From Blasia pusilla (Eukaryota), in NCBI GenBank assembly GCA_050084515.1, contig CM114271.1, forward strand, positions 43,276,001 to 43,340,000: a DNA stretch of 64,000 bases, given 5' to 3'. The notes beneath the pieces are model-generated. The model saw nothing but the letters and a program-made list of their open reading frames with translations. It made no database searches and was not told where the DNA came from. The position numbers were made by a program, and so were the translations under genes. Of the stretch, positions 25,100 to 37,800 are shown piece after piece; the stretch's first letter is position 1; each line of letters begins with the position of its first letter.

Positions 25100-27508
25100 C
25101 CATCTTGGTCTGTAGAATGATGACCCCTCCCAGTAATCCAAGGAAAACCCCATCGGATACAACACTACTCCACCAACCAAGACGTCGTAGGATTCTGCAT
25201 CGGTCACTATCGCCTTGGCTCGCACCACGGACTAATCTGTAGGATGTCTTAGGCGAATCCTTATCACAACCTCTTGTTGGGTGATAAACTGTGTGGTACT
25301 CGCTCCACCCAAGGATGTCTATATCTAGAATGAACAATGTTCCACATCGGCCCTTGTCAGGCCTAACCCTATAAATGCCACTTTCCCCAACATCAAGGGT
25401 TGCGCTCTTGAATCTAACAAGACATGCTGCAAACAAAAAAATCTAACTCTAAGACTCACCATCTGGAAGATCTCTCCCCAATTTTCCAGCAATACAACAC
25501 CAGGAGAAACCATGGCACGCTCTATCGCGGGTCTAACGAGCATCTCCGCCATCCTAGCACTCGCAACCTGCCATGAATCTAAGTTGGACGGCCCGAGCAT
25601 CAGCTCCAAGGGCATGTCCATCACCTCCTCTACAATCACCTCTGAACGTGATGCAAAAACACCATCTCCATGCTCATATAGCGTAGCGATCAACTAGAAA
25701 ATCTCGACGGGCGTCCCAACGTCAGAACATCGGAAGCAAAAAATAGCGCACCACGATATACCATCGTAGCCGCCCCCAACATCATACTCGACACATGCTT
25801 CTCCCGAGCATCAACAATAGAAGTCATCACACTCGCTTCTCCCATTTCCCTCCGTGCTTGCACACTAACACCATCAACTCTCCGAGAACTTTGATCAAGA
25901 CCCATTCATGGGGTCCTCATCGCCTCGGCCTACGTGAAAGATTGAGGAAGCTTGGTCTGTTTCCTGGCTTCCCCCTCTGTGGATCCAACTCCGCGGCGGC
26001 TCCACGTGTAACAACAACGGCTGCCTCCAATTGGACAGTTGCGGAGTTAGTCACTCCAGCCAGAATCCTCCATATCTCCGGCGGCTCCATAAGACGTCAA
26101 TGCCACGACTCCCGCATCGTGTAACCTCAATGCCCTAGCGGCAATGTACTCCTGTAGCTACTCTATCTAAGCAGCCATTCTAGTCTCACGTGCGGCCTCT
26201 CTCTCGACGCGTCTAAGTGGCGGAACTCTACCTCCTCCACAAGAAACTCCACCACCCCCTCGGGAAAATCCAACTCCTCATCCCCCAACAGAACCACCTG
26301 GTGCACGACCTCTAAGCCCACCCGGACCGGCAACTCGCTCGAGTGCCCTCTCGGGCCCTAGGTCTGGACGTAACTCAAGGTATAGGCTGAAACACGTGGG
26401 GCATGTATGACTGTACCTTTGACAATAGTCACGCTAATAACCTCTTGGTGCAACACCATCTCCTCCTCCATGTTGAGGCACGCGTCCATGAGCCTGAGGA
26501 GTGAAATTGAACTGGTCATGGGCTCCACCACATGCCCAACAAATAATCGCAGGCGGCTGCTGTTGAGCCGCATATGAAGGCGCAGGTCTTGTGGCACGGC
26601 CTCACGATCTCCTCCCTAAGCTCGTGGTGCCACAGACCTATCTCCGAATCCACGTTGTTACACTCGTGGTGCAGGAAATTGTGACTGCTCTTGCCTAGAA
26701 CCCATGGTGGATACGCTCTCTTCTGCCATGTTACGCTCAATGTTCTCCGTGGTCCTAAAAACATCTCTCAACATAGGTGAGGTGTTCATAAGAAGCACCA
26801 TCTCCCGCACCGGTGTCCGCAAGGTTTGGTCCAACATCGCATATCATGATTGGATAGCGTGGGACTTTATCACCCCCTTAGTGACATTAATCAACCGGCG
26901 CAAGCAAGTGTAAGCCTCACGCAAACTCTCACCCGGGAACCTCTGGATGTCGTGGATGCTCCGCAACTTCTCAGTCCGTACCTCCTGATAGCTTGTCCAC
27001 AACTCCGCAAAGAACTCAACCACGGGGTTGAACCTGGGACAAACCCCAATGGACAGTGCAATTGCTCCAGTGCAAGTTACCCCTCCTAAAACTTCACTGG
27101 TGAAAGAGGAAGTAGCCTCTCTTGAATCCTCCTCCTGATCAGGAACGGCTCAGTCCATGACACATAATGTGGATCATAGTAGAGTCTTCATGCCTCAATC
27201 TCCTAGGCATATCTGTGGGAGAACTCATGGTAATCGTCCATGGGTGCCCCCTCTAAATGCTGGAATATTCTGCTCCACGTTGTAAACGAGTAGAATTCTC
27301 TAGAGTTCCTAGCCCACTGTGAGTCACACCAACTCCTAAACTCTATAATAAATTCATGCAACTCTATCGTGCCTATAGCACCCGAAAACCTACGTGGTCC
27401 TCTATCACGGTCGTCCATCTCATACGCCCAACTCGTAGGACCACTCAATGTATGCGGTGATGCACTAACAAACTCCTCTACACTCTCCCCCTTCTCTAAA
27501 GACGACAC
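25100..27508 (-). pseudogene. Gypsy Gag and aspartic protease
   Basis: Gag-like PRRFSG..LHEFIIEFRSWC..HLEGAPMDDY; Cys/His knuckle-like ICWACGGAH (~26540); protease VLLDSRAQPL (D-S-G variant, ~25410). Confidence 0.75.
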
Positions 27509-29208
27509 AAAAGGAGGTTGAGGCGATCCCTCATGTAGAGAACCTCAAAACCTCGCGCCACTCCGCATGAACCCTCTAGAGCTACCCTCAGGTCCACCAC
27601 CTCGCCTCTCAAAGTCTCAAAAGGACAACATGATGACCCTCGTGTCCCTCTCACACGATCACTCTCAATCTCACGAGTAATCACTCAAACTTAACATGCG
27701 GCACTCAATCTACAGTCTCTCACTGAGATGTGTGTTGTGCGACAACAAGCGGCGTGGTGCGGCAAACTGGCTGATATATCGTCTCATGAACAGCACGTAC
27801 CCTCAACTCTGGACATCCCATATAGATCTATGTCCCCTAAACCCATACAGCATCGATGCTCTCAGCATCAGCACGAAACCCAATATCCCCAAATAACTAT
27901 CCAATACTCGGAAATCCCTAACACATGCAAGGACAAAGACCAGAATAGGTAACATGAACAAATGTCGATCGCTCGTCAGCAACTGGAAACCTCGACCCGA
28001 AATCAAACATAAAGACAAACTCCTCCAAGCAGAAGTCGTACTCCTCTGGTATTGACTATGCTCCAAAATCTCCTCGATGTGCAGTGCGGGTCAAACGATA
28101 CGGTGCGGCACTGGCGGCACGGAACGGCTACATACGGCACGTCACTCGGGAATGTGGTGCGGCACTCAACCGCATACCCTCCTCAGTCAACAAAACACAA
28201 TCTGCTCCCAAGTGATGGAGTGGCTCCGTGATCGAGACGGTACGGTGCGGCCATGAGCGACACATGGCGGCAATTGGCAATGCGTTCCGGCTACGGGCGT
28301 CACGGCACGGTACACGATCGTCGTCGAGCGGCTACCAATCACAACATAGCAAAGTGGAAAAGAAACTACGATCCCATGAATCCAAAAAAGTCACCTTGTC
28401 AAAGTCGCGAGTAAACAAGTGGCGATAACCCATACGGACTCACCAAGTATGAGATGGGCGGCCCTAGCTAGCCCTCAACGATGTTGGCGGCAAGACGTAG
28501 TTCTGAACAGCGGCGGCAGCAACTTGTGTCGGCGGAGGCAACGATAACTAACTGCAGCGACTACGAGGACGGCGGTAAGCGGCGGAGGCAAAAACTCGCA
28601 TTGGTGGCGGCGGCGGTGCAAATGGCACAGAAGGCGCGAATGGTGACGGTGATGGCAACGGTGGCAGCTGGTTTAGGGTTTGACAATTTTTACCCTAAAA
28701 TTGGCAGTTTGCAAAATTGGTCATAACTTTCTGCTCGCAACTCCAAATTGTGCATTGATTGTTGTACAGCGTGCACAGCTTCATGATCTACGATGGCATT
28801 AATATTTTTTTGATCAAAACTTCCAATAAAAATTGACGAGAACTATCATAAAGCCCTTCAATCTACTATCCTACAAGAAATTCAGCAGCGCTTCCGCGCT
28901 GATTTCTCCCAGCATAAATTTCAAACCTATAAAAATCAGAAATCAAAGAAGTTCAAGGTGCTCTTGAGAGTACTGGCATGGGGCAATCTGCCCCCATACT
29001 CAATCTCTAAAGAAACTTGGGCAGCGCTTCCGCGCGCCACTCTTCCACACAAAAAATCGGTAAAGAAACATCAAAATCAAGCGGCTCTTGCTCCAGTGAG
29101 CACTCCCATGAGCCGTTGAATGGCGAACATGGTTCCCAACATGCACCAACAGTGAGTGACTAGTGAGATCCTCTATTGAAACTCTCTCACTCCTTCATTC
29201 TCTCTATG

Positions 29209-29760
29209 TAAATCAATGAAATCTCACATCAACATCTCACACCAAGCTCTCTATGGTGTGCACTCTCGCTCATGTCAAACCAAACCCACTCTCCTAATAA
29301 GAGGCTAAGGTTACACACACAAGGCAAGGAAGACCATAGCTCCGCCGCCTCATGTCAAGATGTTCAACAAAGAGAGAATGAGCTCTCAAGCTCTCTCTCT
29401 TGGAGGTATACCCCCTTCCCTATCCCAAGTTCTCTCCTCGATAACCAATGCTCGTAGGTAGCCTCCTTGGCTCTTGACCTGGAGGTCAAGAGCCTCTATT
29501 GAACCTCCTTGGCTCTTGAACTGTTGTAGCGGGTCAAGGGCCACTTCCCAAAGTGGAGAATCAACCATACTTCAAATGGAAACTTACCCGAAATAGTAAG
29601 TTTCTTTATATGGATGCAAATGAGCCGAAACGAAGGGAAAACTTGCTCTCTCAAGTTACCCCTGGCTTCATCAAGTCATCCTTGAACTCGTGAGGTTGTC
29701 CTCTAATATCTCCAAATACGCTCTACTAGATCTCGCCGGTCTATCCTAAAAGTTGTGACA
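29209..29760 (-). repeat. 5' terminal repeat X of the gypsy element
   Basis: Homologous to 14239-14751, with an extra ~42-bp internal duplication at ~29480-29520. Not followed by unit Y or a clear PBS. Confidence 0.92.
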
Positions 29761-30335
29761 TATGGCTAATTCCGGACAGAAGCAATAGAATGTAATCAAT
29801 AGAATTGTATGATACTTTAAAGGTATAGTATCCATTGGCATAAATTATCATACGACAGAAGATTGATTGGTTACTTTGACACTAATTGGGGAGGCAACCT
29901 TGATGGCAAAAGATCAACTTCTCGATTTTTTTTCTTGTCGGATCAAAGAGCTATTTTTTGGCCAAGTAAGAAGCAAAATTCAGTTGCCTTATCAACTACA
30001 GAATCATAGTACATGGCTTAAGCAAAAGCAAGCACCAAAGCAGTTTGGTTGAGGAATTTTCTTGCTGATTTGGGACATCAACAAGATCATATTACTATGT
30101 ATTGTGACAATAAGGGTGCAATTGCATTGCTAGAGAATCGTAGATCAAGTGATAGAACAAAACATATTGACATTCGGTATCATTTTGTTAGAGAGTTGAT
30201 ACATAATGAAGTCATCGAAGTGATCTATTGTGACACTGATGACATGGTGGCAAGATATTCTTACCAAAGGATTGACTTAAGATAAGCATATTTATCACAA
30301 TAATAAACTTATTGGTTGTAGTCACTAAGTGGGAG

Positions 30336-30604
30336 TGTTAAAAAGTTACCACGAAAATGTTAGGAGTAGTGACAACATCAAAAGTCAAGTTCAGTTCCTG
30401 ATAGTGAATGTATATGTAGGATCAAACAGATAGGATTGGAAGGCATTTGCAATGTCTTTCCACATTTGTATATTGAATAGATTGTACAACGCATATAGCG
30501 GACGAGGAGTGACTCGTTTGACACTCACTCATTTCATATTTGAAATTTGTCACTCTCGCTTATCACCTTGTCTTTGTGATCTGTGAATCCTTGTTTTTCC
30601 AACA
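30336..30604 (+). repeat. Copia 3' LTR (PPT aagtgggag at 30327-30335)
   Basis: tgttaaaaag...ttttccaaca; homologous to the 5' LTR. Confidence 0.92.
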
Positions 30605-30866
30605 TAAGCTTTGCATGGATAGTCTTTGTTCCACTACGAAAGATGTGATAAGTTCTAAAGGGTCATGGATAGGATATAACCAAGTTTGGATTTGGTAGAT
30701 GTTATGCCTTTTATATCATAATCTTCAGTTTCATAATTAAGGAGCATGAACAATATCTTATAGATGTGTTTGATCAAATGTACTAATATGAACTGAAGTT
30801 ACATCCATATAAGTACAAGCTCTTCCACAATCAAATTCGATATCTAGATTACATAATATATCTTTT

Positions 30867-30951
30867 AGGCTTACGAGTTTTTTTTTTAAATGGAGGGTGC
30901 TAGACGAAATTCGTGGAATAGCCTCCATTTTTTTTTAAAACTCGTAAGCCT
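30867..30951. repeat. Short foldback (inverted repeat)
   Basis: aggcttacgagtttt..aaatggagg / cctccattt..aaaactcgtaagcct. Confidence 0.85.
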
Positions 30952-30952
30952 T

Positions 30953-31140
30953 TTCATAATCACTTAAAAACCCTTGATCTATCATTTATAGAAGCGTGTG
31001 GATTATATGAGTGCATGAAATTGACTCAAATGTTTGCTGGGCGAAATATCGTGGAATAAACATTTGAGTCAATTTCATGCACTCATATAATCCACACGCT
31101 TCTATAAATGCAAGATCAAGGGTTTTTAAGTGATTATGAA
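30953..31140. repeat. Near-perfect long hairpin, 83-bp arms and 22-nt loop
   Basis: 30953-31035 is the reverse complement of 31058-31140 with 2 mismatches. Confidence 0.95.
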
Positions 31141-31862
31141 GCCTCTTACTATGATGTTGAAGATGGATCATGAATGGTGAGGAGGGAGCGCTTTTGAGCA
31201 ATTCACGGAAAGATTTACATCCACACCCATCTTAACTCTTAAAGACCAATCAAGAAACACCATTTCCAATTGTAGAACAATTCGAATATGGAGTTTTCCT
31301 CCCATAAGATGATGATGAAGGTAGAAATTTTGTAGTGGCTTAAGCCACCCTCTCAAACAATGTTACCTAGATGAACAAGAGAGAGTGCTTAGTCACAATG
31401 TGGGTCATCACATATTTTAAATGTTGTTTGTTCACTAACCCCTTAACTAGTGTCATTGATCATCAATTGTCAAAGAGGTTGATGGATTTTTGGCAATCCT
31501 ATAATCTGTAACAAAATGACCCATATGGATTTTGTGGATCACATGACGGAATGTCAAATGAATTCTATGTGACGGCCCCTGAACTGAACTTGAACTTGAG
31601 CATTCTAGTGTGCATGTTTGAAGATTGAAGGTCCCCAACTACTTTAAGGGTCATGAATTCTTGTATTAATAAGTCTTGTGCTTGGAAATTTTGCAACACA
31701 ATTTCACCGATGCCAAAGAATATGTACAAATTGGAATAGAGATGATCAGAACAAGCTTCCAATCAAGAGGAGCAATATGTTCAACCCTGCCAGCGTAGAT
31801 TGGCAGAATGCCCAAGGAAATGTGAGGTCTTGTAAAGATCCCCAAGATGACCTCCACTTGTG

Positions 31863-34800
31863 CTACCTTGAAGCAGATCCTTGGAACTTCCTAAGTTCAC
31901 GATTCAGCAGGTCCTTGTAATTAGGACTCAAATGTGTACCATCCAACTGAAATTCCTGCTTCACTGAGCCTGCATGATTTTTTTATAATCCAGACATAAT
32001 TCACCCTCAAAGATTAGAAGGTTCTTTAAGAAACTCTTTTTCATTCTCTCTCAACAAAGTCTGGGCTACTATCCAGCATGTACCACACACCAGGTCTCCA
32101 TGTTCAAGAGAGCAGGCCATAACCTTTCAAATGTACAAGAGAACTATTCTCGAAGTTAGACTAAAAGAAACTGCTGCGCAGTAGTTGGAGATCTCTCGTG
32201 GGAAAACTCATCAAAACTGTCGAGTGTCCATACAAACGAGAGTGAACGAACTAATTTAGAAAGAGAGAAAGAGTACCTTTGGGAGTAAGCAAATCAGGAA
32301 CAATATTCAACCAGTGCAGTCGATTACACACCATGGCCGTCTGTTCCAGAGCTTCTACTCTTTGCTGAAGAATGCTGTTGAAAATGTGCACTACTGGTCT
32401 TGTTTCATCCAGCACTGGTGGTACAGGGTGTACAAATAGCTCAAAGCCCCTCTCATCGATGAGACATTGAAGCATGTCCAAGTACACCTTCACGCTCACT
32501 TCCACTCCTTCCTCTATAGTCTGCGAAGGCACATATACAAAGGCGTCAGATGTAAAATCCGTAAGCGGGAAAAAGAGTTTGCTTGGGGAATAATTTCCAA
32601 AAGTGATCACTAAAATATCATTCCAGAGCATTCAACAACAGGACACGCTTGAGAAGTATCGATTGTTTCCTTCTCATCACAGACTGTAGCTTCAAGAATA
32701 GTTGGGAAATGGAGTTTCTGGGAATGACAGTAGTGCAAAACTCATGGGAGTAGGACTTGCGATGATGACTTCAATATATGTTAAAGCGAGTTGTGCGCAA
32801 TCAGTGGAGAATAATCCATTAAAAGTTTCAGAAACTTTCGTACCTGGTATATTCCCTTCTCAACTGCTACCAGTATACCTTCTCGACAATCAATTTCTCC
32901 CAAGATCATGACCAACTTGGCTCCATCTGCAACACTTTGCATAGCATTCCTGAAAGCAATCTTGGGGTAGAAATCACTGGCAGGACGGAGATGCCACACT
33001 TTCAAACCTGTCACCAGCAAAGGTACCAGCAAACAGTCCAGGCCCCTTAGCTGAACTGTTCTCCATGCTGCTGACAAGCAATGGCTGTCCCCGGCCAAAT
33101 AGAGAGGATTGTACTCCTCAACAGGTGGTAACGGGAGAGGTATAGGATAGTTCTCCAGAATCTGCAAGACATTGAGCATTCGAATTCATTCATCCAGGAT
33201 TCCTCTAAACTGGAGAGTTATCCATTACGTGAAAAGCCTTCACACGTTTCCGAGTCCTGACTACAATAGGTACCTGATACACACAAGCAAAATAGGCAGC
33301 CTCATTACGGACTAGTGTTCGATGGAGAGGGATTGCGGATGCAGCTCTTGCAGGTTCAATGCATCTCGCTAGACGTTTAGCTCGCTGTAGTGCTCCACCA
33401 AGGAAATGTATCTTTGTAACGGTGAACAAAATTGCAAGAACCTTCAGATGCTCCTCATCATAGACACGTTGGACAATTTCGTCATTGTTGGGTAATTCAG
33501 GATATTGTTCCCTTTTCTTTGTCTGCGAAGCACCATTTGCAACTTGTTCAAACGAGGATGTAGCACAAGGACGTAATTCGTATACAGACTCACCACCTCG
33601 AATTTATGCTGCCCTTTAAGAATCGGTTGTCCTGTCCTAGTTTGAAGCCATACGGGACTCTGAACAGACTCTTACGAAGCTCGAGCCACTCGGTTTTTTC
33701 CATTTGATCCAAGTAAATAATAGCATGCTGGGAGCCTTGGAACTGATGAGATTAAACTGATCAAGGGTCCCTCCATTTACACCATCCAATGCTGAGATTG
33801 AAATTCGAATGCACAAGAACTCAACATGGTTTCAGGGCCTCAGTCATCTGCTGCTTCTCTATTTGTTAGAGATGCTGGAGAATGCCACAAAGCCACCAAT
33901 TAAGCAGTTTTACAATGCACATGATCCATCCAGAGTAGCTGATGCGCAAAGCTATTTCATTACCTGCTCATATTCAGACGACAAGTCAGACCGTCGCAAA
34001 TACTCTGCACCTGCTTGAAACCTCAAGCACTGTTGTTGTGAGTTTTGATTATAGTTATATGAAGATTGACTCCAATAATTATCTTCAAAACAAGCGATTA
34101 TGTCACTGCAACCAATCAATTCACTCAACAAGTTAAGCCCAAATTCAGATATGAAAAGTCATCAAGAACCAAGTTGTTACAACTCTCCAACCATGCAGGA
34201 GTTTTGCATTGGAGAACGTAATCTTTCTAGCCCGATGCACATAAAACTATGGAACCACTTTAATACGTAAATCTCAACGTTGATTCCTAACTAAGATGAT
34301 TCTCCATGGAAAAAGAACTCCAGTCTATTTATAGGATACTAATGGTAGGGAACTTATGAAGTATGTGCTAGCAAAACTGCTACATTCCCAAGGTACACAA
34401 GATTCTCCAAAGATTAAGTGTATTCTAGTTGTAGTCCCATAGATAGTGCAAACGCTTGAAACTATGATCCCTCAACTCAAAATATTTCGTCAAATAATGC
34501 TTGGAAACATCCTCGCTCAGAATTTTTTAAATGCATATGTTGTACTTATTCAGTACAACATATGACTTTCTTCCATAGAGAATGAACCTCTTGACTGTTT
34601 ATGGGGCCCAAGACGGGCATGAGACTTGAAATCACAACAGATGCACAATTTAGGTAGGTCAGATCATGTGAGACGAGGAATGTGACAGCAAGAGAAGGAA
34701 GCGTAATCCTAATAAGACACTTGTAGTACTCTCGCAACCAAAAATTGATATAGAAACTACTCTTGGCTGTTTGATGGTGATTGCTAGTGGCCATGAAGGC

Positions 34801-37800
34801 ATTCGATCAGGGAAGAACCCTAGAATAGTTAACGGAAACCCTCCTAATTCTCGTTTGGAACCTGCATTTTAAAAGGTATCGCACTCCATGTCCTTTGAAT
34901 GGCACTCTTTACGTATTGTGTCATTCCTTAAAAGTAGATGAAAGGTGTCTGCATTCCAGCTCTTAATCTGGACGCTGCTTTGTAGACATAGGAGCTGCAA
35001 GGAATGAATCGTGCTCAGTTGATCTCTCCAAATTCAAAACGTATTGTATCTTCTCATTCTTGGCCCATCCTCTATGCTGTCCTAAATTCCTCCCTCCCAG
35101 CTGTCCTCATGAGCATTCCGTCTGGTTTATACACAGCGATTGTGCTGCTCCTTTAGGGGAGGATTCAGACTGTCTCCATCCAGCTTTTCTTGTAATTTAG
35201 GAGAGTAGCTCCAGTTTTTGACTTATAATTCAGTCGTGCTCCCTTCGAGGGAATACCTTTGAGATAGGTTTTGAAGGCTGCTGTCTTGGAAACACTGCGA
35301 GTTTCAGAAAATTCTCATTTCAGAAGAGAGACCCTACTCATAATTTAGTAATGTGTGTCATAGCCCTGCCACCTTAGATCCTGCACACTGGTTAGACGAT
35401 CTTAGTAATGGTGTAGAAGGAAGGAGCTAAGAAAGTACTCTATACGAGAAGAGTGTGCGCACCTAAATTGTAGACTGATGAGGAAAAGTTGTGGGAGACT
35501 CCGAAACATTGACACTGCCCGGTCAAGAGCTGTGGAATAATCATTTCTTACCTACCACGTGCAATTATAATAAAATAAGGATCAGACTCTTTTGTCGGCA
35601 ACATCCTAAAAAGCAGTATGTTTGAGTTCCTTGATAACTGCTTTCCAAATTCGTGTGTGGCCAAAAATGTGCTGCAACCCTAAACAATTTCCCCAGAACT
35701 ACTATGAGGGTAGTGGAAAATTGCAGACAGTAACAGCAGTATGGGGAACTAACCTCGTAGAGATGAATTAGACTTAGGACGTAAGCAACTGACGATGGTG
35801 ATAGCTTGATTGCAAATTCATACAGCTCCACTGCCTCATTGATAGCTGTAGAAGAAATTTTCTTTGGGGTTTAGCGCTTCCATCTGTAACCCTTCCATGA
35901 TATGTAAATGTATGCAGTGCATTGGAATGTATAACAGATAAGGAAAAAAGCTTTGCGGGGAATTATTTTACCAAGAACTTGTGGGCCACTGCAAAACTTC
36001 AAATTTTGACAGGAGTTCAAGATTTTGCCAAACCTCCATAGTGTTTAAGACTTGAAGCAATAAAAGAAATAGCATGCCCTGCCAACTCCTCCGACTTGAG
36101 TTCATTCTTTACAGCTTCCATTCCTACAGAAACATAGGAATGGTCCACAAAGAATCAAATACATCTACTCATAAAGTTCCAGGACTTCTGGTATTGTACA
36201 TATGAGGACATACGGCATCTCCATTACTCAGAAGACACTAGAGTTCACATTTTGACCTCTAGCACCATGCACGCAATCCACGACTGCCAGCAGTGAGCAC
36301 CTTGTGGATGCTTAATGATCTTCGAGAAGCCAAAGCGAGTACTTTCATCAGCTGGATTCATCACGAGTTTCATGTCAGCCTGAGACTACACATGTTTGCA
36401 GACACCTCAATATTTATATAAGGTGGTTCTAGTTTGCCAAAGTTAACTCTAGCAGAAGACAAAGTAAGACGTTGAGAAGAGGAATTGCTTTTGAACAGAA
36501 ATGAATTCCTTGTAAGTGTACCCACATGGTCTAGCTAGCATCAGCTTGAGAAATATCGATAGAGCATCTTTGACGAGGCCTGCAAAAAAATACGCATGTT
36601 GAGGGTGCTATACTGTACTTAGTGGATAGAGATAACTGTGTGTAGAGGCAGCCCTGAAGCTCCATTCAACAACCAAAGTTTTCAATGGTTAATACTTTGA
36701 ACCTCACAGAACCTAGAAACCAGATATTTCACACAAAAGTTTCGAGAATGAAAATTGGTGCTAGTTTGAGCGCACCATGATCAAGTATGAGAATGCCATA
36801 GTCATGAAGAGCATCCAAATTGTTGGGATTCTTCTTCAAAAGTGTCTGCAATCCAAAAACCCTCGTCAATACAGACGTATCCAACCAAAAGTCCTCCAGT
36901 TTTCCTTCTTACTGTACTGTATCTACTACTAACATCTGAATTAGCAGATTATGGGTCCTCATAACTAAATCATGCGGCATATGGTTCAATGTACTTCCTC
37001 CCCATACCAAGACTTGCACTGAGAACATTAATGGGTATCAAGCAAGCAAACCTTTGATTTCACTGACGAGATTCATACCACAATGATAGCGTTGGCAGTC
37101 CCTCTGTCCCCCATCTTCTGGAGCACTCTTGCACAAGCAATCTGAAAATGTCCAACGTTCATCAAATTGGACAGGGATCTAAGCAACTCCAAGAACATAT
37201 CGCCTACAGTGATTACAATTTAGGTTATATTGGATACAGCTTTCCCATATGAATTTCTACCTTGGTGACAAACACAAGCAGAAAGTCTAGACATTGATCA
37301 GGGACAAATACAACTTAATCAATCATTCTGTTAGACGTGCCTTCAGTCCCTCCACTGTTACAGCACCGTGAATGTCTCCAGCATTTGGCTCATCCACATT
37401 TTGTGGTTTGGTATGGTCCTTCCCACAAGCTCCTTTTGCTGATGGAAGAGCCTCGCATACACCCAGGGTCCTTGTTTGATCTGACGAGGTCGAAGTGTCT
37501 AAAATGTTTAGGCGTACTGCAGACGTTTGCTCTTCAACCAGTCCCAATGCTTGGTCGTATTCTTCGAGTGCCTCCACATAATGCCCCAGACCGGAATGAG
37601 CATCACCCAATCTGTAACATTGCCCTCGTTCAGTCAATTTCTTCCCAATGTACGCATATCTCAAAGAATTAATACTTGTCTCTATGACTCTGAGCCTGTT
37701 TGCAAGCTGCCTTCAACTTTAAACTTATATCAAAACTTCTCTGAGTTGGAAAGGCTTAAATGCAGCAAGCAAGTATAATCAGACTATCGATGACAACAGC

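Larger units (their letters stand above)
14113..29760 (-). mobile_element. Ty3/gypsy LTR retrotransposon (degenerate) encoding a DNA methyltransferase and a PHD finger, with split terminal repeats
   Basis: Ends TGTCAC...CACGACA; 4-bp TSD catg/tatg; removal restores copia VSRYM|ANSG. Gag-PR-MTase-RT-RH-INT-PHD order on the minus strand; purine tract at 14882-14892. Confidence 0.93.
9712..30604 (+). mobile_element. Full-length degenerate Ty1/copia LTR retrotransposon containing nested insertions
   Basis: Paired TG..CA LTRs, tRNA-iMet PBS and PPT. Domain order is protease (WYVNTYATQHMT), HERLGH, integrase (LVHSDVCGP, LRSDNGGE, PQHNGVAGRKNR), RT (YGIDYAETFSP, AFLNGELEEELYM), RNase H (ITMYCDNKGAI, RTKHIDIRYHFVRE at 30049-30285). 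Flanks gaagt/taagc may be a decayed TSD. Confidence 0.95.

Noticed and set aside
14113-29760. Calling the element a DIRS/Ngaro (tyrosine recombinase) retrotransposon because of its split repeats and methyltransferase
   Set aside because: It has a clear HHCC-DDE integrase, a protease, TG..CA ends and a TSD, and no recombinase motifs were seen. Its MTase is cytosine-C5 type, not the DAM-like domain of DIRS.
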